Source: Candidatus Pacebacteria bacterium CG2_30_36_39
Lineage (GTDB): Bacteria > Patescibacteriota > Microgenomatia > UBA1400 > PJMF01
DNA length: 64,000 nucleotides
Assembly (NCBI GenBank): GCA_001873435.1
Contig: MNZB01000004.1
Location: 239,538-303,537, forward strand
Direction: 5' to 3'
Position numbers and translations under genes: made by a program. Below are positions 40,204 to 48,318 of the stretch, piece by piece (position 1 is the first letter of the stretch; each line of letters opens with the position of its first letter). Below the pieces are notes generated by a model. That model saw nothing but the letters and a program-made list of their open reading frames with translations, had not been told where the DNA came from and did no database searches.

Positions 40204-41813
40204 TTGTGTTTTTTATTAAATCTTTGCAAATCTTTTATAAAATAATAAAAATAACTAGTAATTTTTTCTGGTTTGGTTAAGATTTGTCTTAAGTAATATT
40301 TGGGGAAAACAAAAAGATCATGAGCTCTCTGTTTTAATGCCAAAGCAGCTCTAAGTTTTTGATTTTGACGATCAGCCTCAATCAAGCTCTCTGTCCAACC
40401 TGGAATACTTTCCCATTTTTGCTGAACATGATTTGAAAGTTTGGCAAATTTTGCCCAAATCTTTTCCGTATCTCTATCTGAATAATCATTATAGAAAAAT
40501 ATTTTTGTCATATCTCTATCACCAGATGATAAATCAAACATTAAAAAGTCATCCCAAACCAGCTTGTCAGTATCAAGTATTCCCATGTCTACAGCCTCTG
40601 TCCAAAGTTTAGTCCCAGGATATGGAGTAGTAACAGAATAACCCAGTGATAAAGCATTTTTTTGGTTTGCAAACCACTTTGCAAGTTGATATGTTTCTTC
40701 AGTTTCTTCTTTGGTTTCAGTTGGTGCAAAAAGCATAAAACTACCAAAAACAAAGATATTATATTTACCAAATAGTTTTGTTGAGTTTTTTACTTGCTCA
40801 TTTGTTAATTGACCATCTTTATATCGCTTTAAAAGTCTTGCGCTACCAAACTCAATACCAATAAAAACTGAAATTGCTCCAAATTCTTTAAGAATCTGCA
40901 CAAACTCCTCATCAATTAGATTGGCTCGAATAAAAAGATGAGAGAAAAACACTTTACCCAGCAGATTTCTTTCTTTTAATTCTCTAATCAAGTCTCTTGC
41001 TCTTGGCTTTGATATGGCAAAGGTATCATCCATGATTTGGAAGGATTGAACACCATAATCCTTATATAAGGCCTCGATTTCATCTACCACTTTTTTAGCA
41101 CTAAAGTATCTCACCCCAGTCCAAACAACTCGGTGGGCACAAAATGCACAATTATAAGGGCAACCTCTGGCTGAATAAATTCTTACAGTTTTAAATACTT
41201 GAGGTTTACCATCGACTAAAAATACTTGATTTTGAAAGATCTTTTCAGCGTGCAGCAAACTCCAATCCAATGCGTCTGCTTTTTTTGTATCAATTGCTAA
41301 ACGAATCTGAGTTTTAACTATTTTTCCCAATTTATTAATAAAAGTTATACCTGGAATTTTCTCTAATTTGGCATCACTAACAGATGTTTTATTTTTCTTA
41401 AAAACACTCACCAACTCTGCCAATGTAGCTTCTCCTTCTCCCAAAACACCAATATCAAATGGCTGTTTTAGTTTTTCTGGCAAAGAAGAGATGTGATAGC
41501 CACCTATTATTGTTGTAACTGGATATTTTTCTTTAATTTTGTTTGCAATATCTGCTGCAAGTGAGTAAAAAGCTGTAATTACAGAAAAACCAATTAGGTT
41601 TGGTTCGAATTTCTCCACAATTTTAACTGGATCCTCAAAATCTAAATCAATAATTCTAATTTGTTTTCTAGATAAAATCTTATTTTTTACCAAATAATCA
41701 GCCAAATACAATAAATTAAGAGGAGCCTCATCTAAATAACTACGATCAACTACATTAATTAAACAAAGTCTGAATTCTTTACTATTAATTTTATTAACTG
41801 GAAATGATTTCAT
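40200..41813 (-). CDS. Cobalamin-binding radical SAM enzyme (class B).
   Basis: N-terminal Rossmann B12-binding region. The 'RGCPYNCAFCAH' CxxxCxxC cluster is present. 537 aa. Confidence 0.8.
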   Translation of the reverse strand: MKSFPVNKINSKEFRLCLINVVDRSYLDEAPLNLLYLADYLVKNKILSRKQIRIIDLDFEDPVKIVEKFEPNLIGFSVITAFYSLAADIANKIKEKYPVTTIIGGYHISSLPEKLKQPFDIGVLGEGEATLAELVSVFKKNKTSVSDAKLEKIPGITFINKLGKIVKTQIRLAIDTKKADALDWSLLHAEKIFQNQVFLVDGKPQVFKTVRIYSARGCPYNCAFCAHRVVWTGVRYFSAKKVVDEIEALYKDYGVQSFQIMDDTFAISKPRARDLIRELKERNLLGKVFFSHLFIRANLIDEEFVQILKEFGAISVFIGIEFGSARLLKRYKDGQLTNEQVKNSTKLFGKYNIFVFGSFMLFAPTETKEETEETYQLAKWFANQKNALSLGYSVTTPYPGTKLWTEAVDMGILDTDKLVWDDFLMFDLSSGDRDMTKIFFYNDYSDRDTEKIWAKFAKLSNHVQQKWESIPGWTESLIEADRQNQKLRAALALKQRAHDLFVFPKYYLRQILTKPEKITSYFYYFIKDLQRFNKKHK

Positions 41814-41835
41814 ATTATTGATTAATCTTATTTAA

Positions 41836-42561
41836 CTAACTAATATTTTTACTTTTTTTATAATTTTTAATCACCTCTTTGCCACCATCACCAAGGATTT
41901 CACCATTCTCCAACCAAATAATTCTTTCACAGGATTTGGAAATAAAATCAATCAGGTGACTTACTATTACTACCACTTTTCCTTTTTTTAAAAAAGAATC
42001 AACTCTTTTAGCGGTTTTAATCTTAAACTCTTCGTCCCCTACAGCAATCATTTCGTCTAAAAGAAAAATATCTGGATCACTATTAATTGCCACAGCAAAA
42101 CCTAATCTTAATTTCATGCCTTTGGAATAAGTAAAAAGAGGTTCATCTATAAACCTACCGATATCAGCAAAACCAATGATCTCATCCATTTTCGCGTTAA
42201 TCTCTTTCTTATTCATTCCCAAAACCATGCCATTAATCATAATATTTTCTCTACCAGATAAATCTGGGTGAAAACCAGCTTCTAGATCAATTACAGAAAC
42301 AACTTTACCAATTACTTTTAGTTCGCCGGATGTTGGTTGTGAAATATCAGAGATAATCTTAAGAATGGTTGTTTTTCCAGATCCATTTGGACCAACTATT
42401 CCCACTTTTTGTCCTTTAAAAATATCTAAATTAATTCTATTTAAAGCAACTAGTTTTTCTGGCCTAGATCTACCGATTATCTGCTCTATAAGAGTAGGAC
42501 GGTGTCCTAGTAGAACATATTCTTTAGTAATGTTTCTTAGTGAGATAACTGGTTTATTCAT
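41836..42561 (-). CDS. ABC transporter ATP-binding protein, polysaccharide/teichoic-acid exporter type (Wzt/TagH-like).
   Basis: Walker A 'GIVGPNGSGKTT', signature 'YSKGMKLRL', Walker B 'IFLLDE'. Confidence 0.85.
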   Translation of the reverse strand: MNKPVISLRNITKEYVLLGHRPTLIEQIIGRSRPEKLVALNRINLDIFKGQKVGIVGPNGSGKTTILKIISDISQPTSGELKVIGKVVSVIDLEAGFHPDLSGRENIMINGMVLGMNKKEINAKMDEIIGFADIGRFIDEPLFTYSKGMKLRLGFAVAINSDPDIFLLDEMIAVGDEEFKIKTAKRVDSFLKKGKVVVIVSHLIDFISKSCERIIWLENGEILGDGGKEVIKNYKKSKNIS

Positions 42562-42563
42562 AA

Positions 42564-43397
42564 TTAAACATAATCACTAAAATTTTTACTATCTTTATAA
42601 AAGATATAGAAACCAACTATAAAAAATAAGCTCGCCGACAATAAACTAAACATCCAGATTGGTTCTGGAGCTGAATTTGAAATAAAAAATATATTTCTCA
42701 TCATAACCACAACCAAACTCAGTGGATTTAAAAATAATACCCATCTAATAAATTCTGGGATTACGTTTTGAGAATAAATAATTGGAGTTAAATAAAATCC
42801 TAATGGCAATGAGGCTTGCATAATAAAACTAACATCTCTAAATCTGATATTAAGAGATGAAACTAATAGCCCTAAGCCACTGGTAAAAATAACTAAACAA
42901 ATTATGGCTAATAATAGAAGAAGGAGATTAATAAAAATAACATGTTGCCAAACGGCTACGAATAAATACAACAATACAAATGAAATTAATAAGTGAAACA
43001 AATTAGCAGCAACTATTGATAAAACTAATATTTCTCTAGGAAAATTTGCTTTCTGTAAAAGAAATCTTTGATGAACAAAAACTGGAGTGATCTGGTTTAA
43101 GCTTGAAGAAAAGAAATTCCAAATTAATAAACCAACAAATAAAAATAAGAAGTAGTTTTCTGTTTTTACTGGCATGAAAAACTGAAAAACGGCTCCAATA
43201 ACAAACATTTGTAGTATTGGATTAATAATCATCCAGGCAAAACCCAAGCCAGCATTCTTATATCTAGCCTTTATTTCTTTCTCTGTCATCGTCCATAGAA
43301 AATCCAACCAATATTGTTGTTTATCATTTAGTTTAAATAGTTTTGATTCACTAAATACCATATCGAGACTTAATTTTAACAGAATATTGGACAACAA
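42564..43397 (-). CDS. ABC-2-type permease (Wzm/TagG-like).
   Basis: 277 aa with 6 TM helices. It is directly upstream of, and stop-start coupled to, the ATPase. Confidence 0.7.
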   Translation of the reverse strand: MLSNILLKLSLDMVFSESKLFKLNDKQQYWLDFLWTMTEKEIKARYKNAGLGFAWMIINPILQMFVIGAVFQFFMPVKTENYFLFLFVGLLIWNFFSSSLNQITPVFVHQRFLLQKANFPREILVLSIVAANLFHLLISFVLLYLFVAVWQHVIFINLLLLLLAIICLVIFTSGLGLLVSSLNIRFRDVSFIMQASLPLGFYLTPIIYSQNVIPEFIRWVLFLNPLSLVVVMMRNIFFISNSAPEPIWMFSLLSASLFFIVGFYIFYKDSKNFSDYV

Positions 43398-43469
43398 ATA
43401 TGTTATTTATATCACCAATATAATTATGCTAGACTATACTCACTTTTATTATCTCAATATGATCGACCT

Positions 43470-44159
43470 ATGATAAATATCATTGATTCAGCCAATATCA
43501 CCAATAATAGCCAAGAAGGCTCTAAAGACAATCCTCCTCAAATTAAGCTCCCTGATGCCACTGGTGTTGCTTCAGCTCAATTTCAAAAAAAGTTTTCTGA
43601 AAAACCACAGAGAAAAGGCTTATCCAAATATTTAATTGCCGGAATTCTCTTGTTACTTTTGGCCATCGGAGGCGGAGCAAGTCTTTATTTAATGAGTATT
43701 AATCAAGACCTTAGACAACAAGCTGATCAAGGAGATTACACTAATCCAACTGATCCACCAGAAGAGCCTACAACTGCCCCGACCACTGCCCCAACTACTG
43801 AACCTACTGGCGAACCAACTACCGAACCTACAACTGAACCCACTGGTGAACCAACTACCGAACCTACGGGCGAACCAACGGATGGGCCAACTGGTGAACC
43901 TACCACTGAACCCACTGGTGAACCTACAACTGAACCAACCACAGATCCTGGAAACGGTGGTGGTGGAAGTAGCAGTTCTTCAAGTTCATCATCAAGTAGT
44001 ACGGCTGTTGTAAATATCAATAATGGAAGCACCACAATAAGAGTTCAACCAACTCTGCCTCCTCAATTGCCACAAACTGGACCAGAAGATTGGCTAAAAT
44101 ATTTACAAGTAGGCTTGGGAGCCTTAGGAGTTGGAGCCTTATTCCTACTCTTCTTATAA
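43470..44159 (+). CDS. Surface protein with an N-terminal TM + INQDLRQQA motif, a TEPTGEP tandem repeat, a poly-Ser run and a C-terminal LPQTG + hydrophobic tail.
   Basis: '...LYLMSINQDLRQQAD', (PTTEPTGE)n, 'GGGGSSSSSSSSSSSS', 'LPQTGPEDWLKYLQVGLGALGVGALFLLFL*'. Confidence 0.65.
   Translation: MINIIDSANITNNSQEGSKDNPPQIKLPDATGVASAQFQKKFSEKPQRKGLSKYLIAGILLLLLAIGGGASLYLMSINQDLRQQADQGDYTNPTDPPEEPTTAPTTAPTTEPTGEPTTEPTTEPTGEPTTEPTGEPTDGPTGEPTTEPTGEPTTEPTTDPGNGGGGSSSSSSSSSSSTAVVNINNGSTTIRVQPTLPPQLPQTGPEDWLKYLQVGLGALGVGALFLLFL
43765..43940 (+). repeat. In-frame imperfect tandem repeat (~24-nt unit) encoding the (P-T-T/G-E-P-T) linker.
   Basis: 'gaacctactggcgaaccaactaccgaacctacaactgaacccactggtgaaccaactaccgaacctacgggcgaacc...' recurs. 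Confidence 0.7.
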
Positions 44160-44180
44160 AACAATTAGAAATAAATTTAA

Positions 44181-44208
44181 AAGCCTAGCCAAAAGCTAGG
44201 CTTTTTTA
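44181..44208 (+). terminator. Intrinsic terminator after the 43470 gene.
   Basis: 9-bp stem AAGCCTAGC-caaaa-GCTAGGCTT followed by TTTTTT. Confidence 0.8.
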
Positions 44209-44295
44209 ATATTTTAACAATTAAAACCAAACTTTCACCGAAAAAACAAATAATCTCTCATTGACCAGCAAATAACAAAGGCTGTATTCTAGATA

Positions 44296-45384
44296 GTGAC
44301 TAGATTAACTAGTTACAGTTCTATGGATTTTAATCAACCAAATATTAGCAAAATCCAAGATAGACCAGAAGAAAATAAAAGTGACTCTGGTTTAATTTTT
44401 CGTCCAAAAAAACCAAACAACTCAAAGATATTTTTTGGTCTAATCTCCCTCTTCGTTTTGGCAGTTGGAGGTCTAGTTGGAACATACCTAATTGGCATTA
44501 ATCAAGACCTTAGACAACAAGCCGACTCTGGCACTTATGTTAATGGCCAATGTGAGCCAAATTACTGGTCAGTTAATGGCCAATGCGTTTTGGAAAACTG
44601 TGATGACTATGATAATGACGGAATTATTGTTTGTGGTGTTGGTCATGGAATTTGTACTGAAGATAGTCTTGGTGGAGATTGGTGTGACAATCCAAACACC
44701 ACCGATCATGTTGAAACATGCGGAGAAACAGGACAAATTCGCTGCCAATGTGGACCGGGAAGTGACCAAGGATATTGGGTAATTGGCTCTGGAACAGGTA
44801 GTTGTGACGATCTCTGTGAAGACGCCAATGTTATTTGTACTGACTGTCCACCAGAAGAGCCTCCAGAAATTACCAATCCTCCAGAAGAACCAACTGCAAC
44901 TCCTCCTATTACTATATATACTCCTACACCAACTCCTACTGTTAATCCTAGTATAACTATAACCCCTACCCCAACCACTCCTCCAGGCGTAACTCTGACT
45001 CCCACACCTACAACTCCAATTGGACCACAATGTCGCAATATTGAGATGTACAACACAACAGGAGGAACAAGTACAATAATGGAAGAAAATGACGACGCTG
45101 CTTTAGTGCCTAATCAAAGCTCTGTTAGATTCGTCTGTAGTAATTTTCAAGAGAATAATTTACCAACTGGTTACTTCTATGCCTTTAGAATCTTTGAGCC
45201 TTGCGGTAGTGAAAACCATGAGACTCCTCTAGAGTTTGTAAATGCAGAAGGAGAAAATGGCATTAGTTACAACATTGAACTCAGTGGAGACTATATGGCC
45301 CAATGCTCAGTTTGTACTGTTGATGATGCAGGAGATACTGTTTGTGACTGGGAAAGCTTAACACCACAAGAATGTGGAAACTAA
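44296..45384 (+). CDS. Cys-rich secreted/signal-anchored protein with the same INQDLRQQA post-TM motif and a P/T-rich linker.
   Basis: '...TYLIGINQDLRQQADSGTYVNGQCEPNYW...', many Cys, 'TPTPTPTVNPSITITPTPTTPPGVTLTPTPTTP'. Confidence 0.6.
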   Translation: MTRLTSYSSMDFNQPNISKIQDRPEENKSDSGLIFRPKKPNNSKIFFGLISLFVLAVGGLVGTYLIGINQDLRQQADSGTYVNGQCEPNYWSVNGQCVLENCDDYDNDGIIVCGVGHGICTEDSLGGDWCDNPNTTDHVETCGETGQIRCQCGPGSDQGYWVIGSGTGSCDDLCEDANVICTDCPPEEPPEITNPPEEPTATPPITIYTPTPTPTVNPSITITPTPTTPPGVTLTPTPTTPIGPQCRNIEMYNTTGGTSTIMEENDDAALVPNQSSVRFVCSNFQENNLPTGYFYAFRIFEPCGSENHETPLEFVNAEGENGISYNIELSGDYMAQCSVCTVDDAGDTVCDWESLTPQECGN

Positions 45385-45387
45385 AAA

Positions 45388-46374
45388 ATGACTGACTGGA
45401 ATAAAAAACCACTAGCTGAAATGCCAGAAACTGCAAAGAAAGAATCTTCTAGCGTGCCTCAGTTTTCTCAATCACCTATAAAAAAGAGTGATCCAAAGAA
45501 AACAATTTTTGCTATTTTAGGCCTAGTCTCATTCTTTATTCTCGGTGTTGCTGGTGTATTAATCTCTCAAAAACAATATTTAGACAAAAATGTTACTGCT
45601 CCCAATGCCCCAGGATCTCAACCAGCTGCTTATATAAACAAAGCTAGTTGTCATCTAACCTTTACAGTCGGAACACCAACAACAGTAGTCAAAACTGCTT
45701 GTGGATTTAGTCCTTGTGAAACTGATAACGACTGTATTGATGGTTTAAGCTGTGTTACTAGCTCTGGCGACTCTATCGGAGAAGGTGCAAAATACTGTTC
45801 TCAACCTGAATTTGAAGATGCCTGTATTCTTAATCCAGGAGTAGATGCTTGTTGTACCGAGCCAACTCCAGTGCCAGGAGAATGTGCTGCCGAATGTGTA
45901 AGCGATACTGACTGTGACACTGGTTTAACTTGTGTTGGACCGGAAGATGGGGCTAAGTTCTGTTCAGAGCCAGAATTTGAAGATGCCTGTATCAACAACC
46001 CAAGCTCTGAATCTTGTTGTACCGAGCCAACTCCAACCATAACTGGCAATCCAACTGCAACCCCGAATCCAACTACAACTCCTAACCCAACTAATCCTCC
46101 AGGCGGTGGAAGCTCATCTAGCTCAAGTTCTTCATCTAGTTCATCAGTTGTTGTAAATGTTGATAACAGCACTACTACAAACACCACTACTCAAAACACT
46201 ACAACAAAACCTGGAACTACCACAAAAACCACTACTCCAAAAACCACCACCAAAGGTGCTCAACCAGAATATCCAGAAGAACTTCCAAAAACTGGACCAG
46301 AAGAATGGCTACAATATCTCCAAGTTGGCCTAGGCGCACTAGGAGTTGGAGCCTTATTACTGCTCTTCTTATAA
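45388..46374 (+). CDS. Cys-rich surface protein with an internal ~50-aa duplicated Cys module, a poly-Ser run and a C-terminal LPKTG + hydrophobic tail.
   Basis: N-terminal TM helix. The duplicated module is '...GAKYCSQPEFEDACILNPGVDACCTEPTP' / 'GAKFCSEPEFEDACINNPSSESCCTEPTP'. 'GGGSSSSSSSSSSSS'. C-terminus 'LPKTGPEEWLQYLQVGLGALGVGALLLLFL*'. Confidence 0.65.
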   Translation: MTDWNKKPLAEMPETAKKESSSVPQFSQSPIKKSDPKKTIFAILGLVSFFILGVAGVLISQKQYLDKNVTAPNAPGSQPAAYINKASCHLTFTVGTPTTVVKTACGFSPCETDNDCIDGLSCVTSSGDSIGEGAKYCSQPEFEDACILNPGVDACCTEPTPVPGECAAECVSDTDCDTGLTCVGPEDGAKFCSEPEFEDACINNPSSESCCTEPTPTITGNPTATPNPTTTPNPTNPPGGGSSSSSSSSSSSSVVVNVDNSTTTNTTTQNTTTKPGTTTKTTTPKTTTKGAQPEYPEELPKTGPEEWLQYLQVGLGALGVGALLLLFL

Positions 46375-46449
46375 ACAAACTATTCTCTAGAAATTGATTA
46401 AAACCAGGTTATAATAAGAAATCTTATTGAAAGTATTTAATAGGAAAAT

Positions 46450-46522
46450 GCGTGCGTAGCTCAATCGGCAGAGCTCCAAGCTTATACCTTGGTGGTTCTA
46501 GGTTCAAGTCCTAGCGCACGCA
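46450..46522 (+). tRNA. tRNA with anticodon UAU (tRNA-Ile(UAU)-type, decoding AUA).
   Basis: GCGTGCGTAGCTCAATCGGCAGAGCTCCAAGCTTATACCTTGGTGGTTCTAGGTTCAAGTCCTAGCGCACGCA folds as a canonical cloverleaf: acceptor stem 7 bp, D stem 4 bp, anticodon stem CCAAG/CTTGG with loop C-U-UAU-A-C, T stem 5 bp with TTCAAGT. CCA is not encoded. Confidence 0.8.
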
Positions 46523-46563
46523 CCCAAAGTAATTTAAAAGACTATAATTTAAAACGAATAAAT

Positions 46564-47610
46564 ATGAAAAAAATAATTAAAAAACTCTCAAATCCCTTGA
46601 TTAACTTATGGAAAACTAAAAAATGGTTAGTTATAGGTATTGTTATTTTATTACTAATAGCTGGAAATAATTTCTATAAACAAGCAAAAAATAAAACAGT
46701 TTTATCCTTTGTTCATCCTAGTATTCAAACTATTACAAAAACCCTAGACGTATCTGGAATCATTGATGCTAAAGAAAAAGCCAACCTACATTTTGCAGCT
46801 GGTGGAAAATTAATTTATTTGGGAGCAAAAGAAGGCAGTTGGGTAAAAAAGTGGCAAAACATCGCCACTATTGACCAACGAGCTGCTGTTAAAACCCAAG
46901 AAAAATCCCTCAATAACTATGCAAAAGAAAGATTGGATTGGGACCAACGCCAAAGCGACATTGGAGATGGAACCACGGTAGATGAAGAATTAAAAAGAAC
47001 CATTGATAAAGAACAATATGACCTCAATAATTCAGTATTAGATGTCGAGCTTTCTGCCATATCAACTACCAACAACACAATGTCTGCTCCATTTGAAGGC
47101 ATTTTAGTAAGCAGCCCAACAACTGTTACTGGAATTCAACTATCAGCCACAGATTCTTTTTTACTTGTAAATCCAAAAACATTAACCTTTAAAGCTTTAG
47201 TAGATGAATCTGACATTGCCTTAATTGCTCAAAACCAAACAGCAACATTAGAATTTGATGCTTATCCAAATGAAAAGCTACAAAGTTTTGTAAACTATAT
47301 CTCATTCCAAAGCGTTCCATCCTCAAGTGGAACTGCTTTTATTGTTGAATTACCAGTAGAAGCTAGTGATTTAAATAAGTTTCGCTTGGGCATGAACGGT
47401 GACGCCAAAATTGAACTAGAAACAAAACAAAATGTTTTAACTATTCCAGTGGTTGCTGTTAAAGAACGAGATGGTAAAGCATATGTTGAAATTAAAACTG
47501 GTAAAAATACTGCTGAAGAAAAAGAAATCTCAGTTGGCCTAGAAACAGATGACTACATTGAAGTCATTGGTGGCCTAACTGAAAATGATGAAATAGTGGT
47601 ACCAGAATAA
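46564..47610 (+). CDS. Efflux-pump periplasmic adaptor (HlyD/MacA family).
   Basis: The internal ATG in the track frame gives MKKIIKKLSNPL. The upstream part of track ORF 46489 overlaps the tRNA. One TM helix then a beta-barrel/lipoyl adaptor pattern. Confidence 0.75.
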   Translation: MKKIIKKLSNPLINLWKTKKWLVIGIVILLLIAGNNFYKQAKNKTVLSFVHPSIQTITKTLDVSGIIDAKEKANLHFAAGGKLIYLGAKEGSWVKKWQNIATIDQRAAVKTQEKSLNNYAKERLDWDQRQSDIGDGTTVDEELKRTIDKEQYDLNNSVLDVELSAISTTNNTMSAPFEGILVSSPTTVTGIQLSATDSFLLVNPKTLTFKALVDESDIALIAQNQTATLEFDAYPNEKLQSFVNYISFQSVPSSSGTAFIVELPVEASDLNKFRLGMNGDAKIELETKQNVLTIPVVAVKERDGKAYVEIKTGKNTAEEKEISVGLETDDYIEVIGGLTENDEIVVPE

Positions 47611-47625
47611 CCAGTCTAAAAAAAT

Positions 47626-48318
47626 ATGCCACGTAAAAATGCCAACATCGTGCTCGAGCTTCAAGATGTAACCAAGGAATATTTAATTGGTTCTCAAAAA
47701 ATTCATGCTTTGAACGGGATTTCTCTCAAAGTCAGAGAAGGAGATTTTTTATCTGTCATGGGACCGTCTGGATCTGGAAAGTCAACATTTTTACAGGTAG
47801 CTAGTATCCTGGCCACAGTTAGTTCTGGAAAAATACTAATTAATGGCAAAGACACCTCAAAATATGACGAAGTAGCCCGTGCTCACTTAAGAAACAAAGA
47901 AATTGGCTTTATTTTTCAAAACTTCAACCTGCTCCCCAAAACCTCAGCCTTAGAAAATGTTGCTTTACCATTGGTATATGCCGGCATAGATGAAGCTACT
48001 AGGTTGGAAATGGCAAAAGATATGTTGGAAAAAGTTGGACTTGGAGATAGGCTGCATAACACCCCAGCTCAGTTATCTGGAGGCCAACAACAAAGAGTGG
48101 CCGTGGCCAGAGCTTTAATCAACAACCCCGCTATTATTTTTGCTGATGAGCCAACTGGAAATTTAGATTCAAAATCTGGCAAGGAAGTTGAAAAAATCCT
48201 TGGAAAATTAAGCAAAGAAGGCAAAACCATTATTATGGTTACCCACGAACCAACTATTGCAAAAATAGCCACCTCGCACATCGAGATTCACGATGGAAAG
48301 ATCAAACATGAATCTTAA
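47626..48318 (+). CDS. ABC transporter ATP-binding protein (MacB/LolD-type).
   Basis: Walker A 'GPSGSGKST', signature 'LSGGQQQRVAVARAL', Walker B 'IIFADEPTGNLD'. Confidence 0.9.
   Translation: MPRKNANIVLELQDVTKEYLIGSQKIHALNGISLKVREGDFLSVMGPSGSGKSTFLQVASILATVSSGKILINGKDTSKYDEVARAHLRNKEIGFIFQNFNLLPKTSALENVALPLVYAGIDEATRLEMAKDMLEKVGLGDRLHNTPAQLSGGQQQRVAVARALINNPAIIFADEPTGNLDSKSGKEVEKILGKLSKEGKTIIMVTHEPTIAKIATSHIEIHDGKIKHES

Noticed and set aside
43765-43940. A possible CRISPR-like or minisatellite array.
   Set aside because: The repeats are in-frame coding tandem repeats (TEPTGEP). There are no spacers and no cas genes. It is not a CRISPR.
43736-46187. Antisense ORFs 43736..44035, 44569..45056, 44706..45056 and 45801..46187, rich in G/V/S.
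   Set aside because: They are reverse frames of the P/T/S repeat-coding regions. Low-complexity repeats keep the antisense frames open. They are artefacts.
46489-46563. An upstream extension of the HlyD-family ORF starting from TTG at 46489.
   Set aside because: It overlaps the tRNA(UAU) gene. The internal ATG, followed by MKKIIKK and a TM helix, is the plausible start.
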